Assembly: GCA_030390025.1 (NCBI GenBank)
Contig: CM059432.1
Location: 99,946,001 to 100,010,000, forward strand
Direction of reading: 5' to 3'
From: Squalus acanthias
Lineage: Eukaryota
DNA length: 64,000 nt
The notes under the pieces were generated by a model. It saw only the letters and a list, made by a program, of their open reading frames with translations, had not been told where the DNA came from and did no database searches. Below are positions 59,114 to 64,000 of this stretch, piece after piece (the stretch's first letter is position 1; each line of letters opens with the position of its first letter). Both the position numbers and the translations under genes were made by a program.

Positions 59114-61185
59114 GGCACTCAGCAGGAAGCTTTACCTGCCTAGAGTCTTCAGGGAGCACTTCTCCTACCTGAAACTAAGCCAGAAGCAGTGTATTTAGAG
59201 GCTCTGCTTCACCAAGGAGGTGGTCGCAGGACTCTGCCAAATACTGGAACCAGACCTGCAGCCCCAGCGCAGGGCGATGACGGTGCTGCCAATGGCCCTC
59301 AAGGTCACCGAGGCCCTGAATTTTTTCACCAGCGGATCCTTCCAGGCTGGAGCAGTTCCCCATCTATCGCTGCTTCCGGGAGGTCACAGTGGCTCTGTAT
59401 GCCAGGAGAAGGGACTTCATTGTCTTCTCTCTGAACAGAATGAAGCAGGAGGAACGTGCACGTGGCTTTGCCAGGATATCGGGATTCCCCATGGTGCGGG
59501 GCACCATCGAATGCACACACGTGGCTTTGCAGGCACCGCATATCAATCCTGAGATGTATTGTATGCAAAGGTTACCATTCACTTAATGTGCAGTTGGTGG
59601 GGAACCACACCCAGCACATCATGATGATGAATGCCCAGTATCCTGGCAGCTGTCATGATGCCTTCATCTTGCACCAGTCCACTGTGCCAGAAATCTTCCA
59701 CGTCAAATCTGAGGGTGCCTGCTCGGCGACGAGGGTTATCCGCTCTACACCTGGCTGATGACACCCCTCCGCAACCCAACAGTTGCAGCCAGCAATCATA
59801 TAATGAGAGCCATGCTGCCATGGTAAACCTCATTGAGCAGACCATCAGGGTGCTGAAGCAACGGTTCCGCATCCTTGACCACTCGGGAGGAGCTCTCCAG
59901 TGCCTGGCGGAGCGGGTGTCCCAATTCATGGTGGTCTGCTGCATCCTTCACAATTAGTCCACCATGAGGGTGTAACCCATGGCACCACAGGGTCCGCGAT
60001 CAGCTCAGGAGGAAGAGGAAAAGCAAGAGGAAGTGGAGGAGGAATTGGAGGAGGAGGAGGAGCAAGAGGAAATGTAGAGGCAGCCTGCAAATCCCCGTTC
60101 TGGGAGGGCTTTCCATGAACGCATCATCCAACTCCGGTTCCACTGACTGAATCCCCAGATCTCCGTTGCTCAACACTTTCCCACCTTTCCATCCCTCTGT
60201 TACAGAACATCACAGTGTCCTCTTGGGCACAATGCTAAAATGAAAGTCACCACAAAACAAACATTTCAAACATAAGTTATAAATGAATAATTCCAATATA
60301 ACATTAAAAAGTCAACTAATCACTTGTGCATTCCCTTAGTGTCTATCTTTTGTGTTCCTTTGCCTATTCTATTGCTCCTACGCAGTGCCACCCCAGTAGC
60401 TGCAGCATGGCTGGTAGAAGGCTGCTGACTTTCCATGGGGGACACTGCAGATGGCCTTGCAGGACAGCTTCGAGCAGCTCTGGGCCTAGAAGGCCCGGCT
60501 GTGGACTGCACCACCTCGGCATGGGCAGCAGTAGTCTGAGTTAGCTGGCTGACAGGCAACTACAATGGCCATGGCGGAGTGGCATGGGTGGGAGTACGAA
60601 TGCTGTTATCCTGAGAGAGGACAGCAGGCTCTTGCTCCACGGAGCCACTCGCACTGCCCCGGGTGGTGCCTCAGCATTCCTAACCATCTGTTGGAGCACA
60701 GATTGCTGGACTGCTGTGAAATCCTTTCCACATTCGTAAGCTCAGCTACGATGGCAGCAGTCTGAGCTTGCGTGGCAGCAAGCTGAGCTTGCATTGCAGA
60801 CATCTGAGCTTCCACTGCAGCACTCAGACATTGGCTCGTGTCCGCCTGTGCTGCAATGGAAGTTACGACATTGCCCATCACACCCAGCATCATGGTTGGG
60901 TCCACAAGTTCTCTAATGGAGTTGCCTATCACTTCCATCCTGGAAATCATGGGCTCCAAGCTCCGCGCAAATCCCGTGCAATATTGGAGCCAGACTCCTG
61001 CATGCTCCTTGACAGTGACAAGAGGCTCTCTGGCAGGCCTACCATTGCACCAAGCATTTCTGTGTGCATGCCCATCACCCTTCTTCTGACAGCTGCCCCA
61101 TCTAAGTCATCCTCTGAGTCCTGTGCAGGAGAACTCTTGTGTGACCTCGCCCTCAGGGGAGCTGGCACCTGCGCTACCCTTTCCT

Positions 61186-62312
61186 TACTTCCAAAAGACA
61201 TCTGATAAAGTGCCACATAATAGGCTTACCAGTAAAGTTGAAGCCCATGGAATAAAAAGGACAGTGGCAGCATGGATACGAAATTGGCTAAGTGATAGGA
61301 AACAGAAGGTAGTGGTGAAAGGTTGTTTCTCGGACTGGAGGAAGGTATACAGTGGTGTTCCCCAGGGGTTGGTACTGGGACCACTGCTTTTCTTGATATA
61401 TATGAATGACTTGGACTTGGGAGTTCAGGGCACAATTTCAAAATTTACAGATGACACTAAGCTTGGAGGTATAGTTAACAGTGAGGAGGATAGTGATAGA
61501 CTTCAAGAAGACATAGACAGGCTGGTGAAATGGGCACGTGGCAGATGAGATTTAACGCAGAAAAGTGTAAAGTGATACATTTTGTTAGGACGAGCGAGGA
61601 GAGGCAATGTAAACTAAAGGGTACAATCCTAAAGGGGGTGCATGAACAGAGAGACTTGGGGGTATATGTGCACAAATCATTGAAGGTGGCAGGGCAGGTT
61701 GAGAAAGTGGTTAAAAAACCATATGGGATACTGGGCTTCATAAATAGAAATGAGAAGTCACACAACACCAGGTTGTAGTCCAACAGATTTATTTAAAATT
61801 ACAAGCTTTCGGAGCTATCGCCCCTTCCTCCGGTAGAGTTACAATGAGTGAATCTACAAAAGTTCACAGAATATAAACACAGAAACTGCAGAGATACAAT
61901 CTTTCATCTTACATCAAAGACACACCAAGAGCACAGCCAAGACAATGAGATGTGTCCCAGGGGGTCCAACGTGTCAAATCCTGATGTCTGCAGTGTTTTT
62001 TTTTGTGTTTGTTTTTTGTGTTTGTTTTTTTTGTGTTTGTTTTTTTTTAAACTGGAAAGACAGACAACGATGTCAAGTCACGTTCTGTAGCGTGACATGA
62101 ACCCGATATCCCTATTGAGGCCGTCCTCATGAGTGCGGAACTTGGCTATCAGTTTCTGCTCGATGATTTTGCGTTGTCGTGTGTCTCGAAGGCCGCCTTG
62201 GAGAACGCTAATCTCTGCATCATTCATAAATAGAGGCATAGAGTACAAAAGCAAGGAAGTTATGATGAACCTTTATAAAACACTGGCTCAGCTTCAACTG
62301 GAGTATTCAGTG
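61186..62312 (+). mobile_element. CR1 RT fragment interrupted by a Penelope insertion
   Basis: DKVPHNRL...SGVPQGLVLGP...KFTDDTK; ...GILGFINR|GIEYKSKEVM resumes after 62222. Confidence 0.88.
61749..62222 (-). mobile_element. Penelope-like element 3' fragment (GIY-YIG C-terminus plus pLTR)
   Basis: Minus strand reads VLQGGLRDTRQRKIIEQKLIAKFRTHEDGLNRDIGFMSRY; 12-bp TSD TTCATAAATAGA (61737-61748, 62223-62234); hammerhead-like motif ~61800-61838. Confidence 0.82.
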
Positions 62313-63633
62313 TGTCAAGAAGATCTTTTGCCCCACTATGGGTAGAAGACGTGTCTCCTCCTGTACACCCCCTCCACCAAGGCCGCCAGTGCTGCATCTG
62401 AGAACCGAGGTGCATGCTCTCTCCCCTGTTGAGACATATTGCTCAGCTCCTGCCACAATGAGGTACTTCTTATCACAGTACCTCCCCTTTAATAAGTGCA
62501 GAACAGCCTTTGACTCTGCAGGCAACCTTTCAATAGAGAGCAGGCTCCACATGATATTGGGCCCCCTGTTGAGCGCTGAGCCAACCAGCAGCGCGTTTAG
62601 TGCTGGGCTCAGCACTTCAATCATTGTAATGAGCAGGCAGCATGAATTTTGCATGCTGCCTGCACCACTATCAACGGGCGCGGGCAGATTGTGCATAATG
62701 ATCTCCACGCTCATTTTCAGGCCTAATCAAATTTTGCTCTCATTGTTTCAAAAAACTGTTCCAAATAAATTCTAAAGATTCATTGCCTTTACTACTTGAG
62801 CTATTCTACTTCTCCCAGTCTATGTGAAAATTAAAATCTTATTATAACCACATTGTTTCGGCTACATGCTACCTGATCTCCATGTTTATACGTCCCTCAA
62901 TACATCACTACTGTGAGGAGGTCTGTAGAAAATCCCGCTAGAGTCTTAGTCCTAAGCATAGTATTGCCACTGCCTGATCACCCTTACTGAAATACTTTCT
63001 TTTTACTGCTGATTTAAAAAAATGCTGATATTGTGTAAAAATCTCTGAAGGGAATACTTACATCCTTCAGAGTTCCCTAATGTCTGGATATATTCGTAAT
63101 CTGTTTATTTTCATGGAATTAACCAATTTAATTTCTTTTGTGTGACTCGTTTAATCCCTCTGATGGCAGATTCGGATTGATTTTCTTTTCAAGCGACAGG
63201 ATTTGGTTCAATGTTTTATTCAAATCTTTGTTGATTTTTATCCAGGGCAGCTCAGCTGAAATAGACATGGGAGTTGTGCCTGTCTCTGATACTTGAGCAT
63301 CCAATATGGGCTTTTCCTCTGGGGTATCTCTAGGAAGCAGTGAGGGCTTTGATTTTTTTTGGGTTGTTGGTTTTTATTTGACAGAAATTTCTATTTGCTT
63401 GGTTACAAAACTCTTGGAGGGATAAAATCATTGTTTCTAAATGATATAGCAGCATGTAAAATATTTTTGTGCAGTCTTTGTGATGGTTGCCAGCAGCAGA
63501 AGTGAATGATGTTGATTTGTTTGGAACATCCTATAACTAAAGATTTATCCTTCCTGCTATGACTCAGTAATGACCTGCAGTCTCTCATTTGCCTCCTGCC
63601 TTTAGTGCGAATCCATCATCGAAATTTGGGTTT

Positions 63634-63988
63634 TAGAATCATAGAATCATAGAAGATAGGAGCAGGAGTAGGCCATTCGGCCCCTCTAGCCTGCTCTGCC
63701 ATTCAATGCGATCATGGCTGATCATCCAAATTCAGTACCCTGTCCCTGCTTTATCCCCATATCCCTTGATCCCTTTAGCCTTAAGAAATATATCCAACTC
63801 CTTCTTGAATCTATTTAATGAATTGGCCTCTACTGCCTTCTGTGGCAGAGAATTCCACAGGTTCACCACTCTCTGGGTGAAGAAATTCCTCCTCATTTCT
63901 GTCCTAAATGGCTTACCCCTTATCCTTAGACTGTGACCCCTGGTTCTGGACTCCCCGACCATCGGGAACATCCTTCCTGCATCTAGTC
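63634..63988 (-). mobile_element. CR1 3' end
   Basis: [43 protein letters not shown]; (TAGAATCA)n tail. Confidence 0.92.
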
Positions 63989-64000
63989 AATTATATTTTT

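Larger units (their letters stand above)
54430..61185. mobile_element. Third Harbinger remnant (transposase + at ~58249-60145; Myb/SANT 3' part - at ~60320-61185), hosting a CR1 and a solo LTR
   Basis: 54440-54520 and 57960-58250 match the 5' region of the Harbinger at 42161; transposase motifs [53 protein letters not shown]. Confidence 0.8.

Noticed and set aside
62750..63630. Possible host exon on the minus strand
   Set aside because: Frames broken by stops; GIFYRPP and RIYPD-like pieces suggest a very old LINE 5' region

Overview
Vertebrate genomic DNA, most likely from a cartilaginous fish (inferred from the shark-type CR1/L2 LINEs, a SacSINE1-like SINE and TTAGGG repeats). The window consists almost entirely of nested transposable elements, and I can support no host gene. 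The centrepiece is a 12,578-bp, apparently very recent provirus (25650-38227). It has two 1,600-bp TG...CA LTRs that look identical, a 4-bp TSD (CCCG), a tRNA-Arg(UCG) PBS and a PPT. Its genes are gag (coiled coil, overlapping PSAP/PPxY late domains, CCHC knuckle), a single in-frame UGA-CUAG readthrough stop, pol (PR, RT, degenerate RNase H tether, second RNase H, then IN after one frame break in a G6 run) and an intact 783-aa env. The Env combines an N-terminal immunoglobulin-like domain with a furin-cleaved F-type fusion protein. The layout fits a lokiretrovirus-like endogenous retrovirus. The provirus sits in exon 2 of the Myb/SANT gene of a PIF/Harbinger transposon, which itself sits in a CR1. 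The rest of the window holds more Harbinger copies and MITEs (one inserted inverted into its own sibling), CR1, L2, RTE and other LINE remnants, a decayed Gypsy, a solo LTR, a Penelope fragment with a degenerate hammerhead, an interstitial telomeric tract and an unclassified minisatellite-bearing repeat present twice. All calls come from reading motifs by eye; no searches were run.
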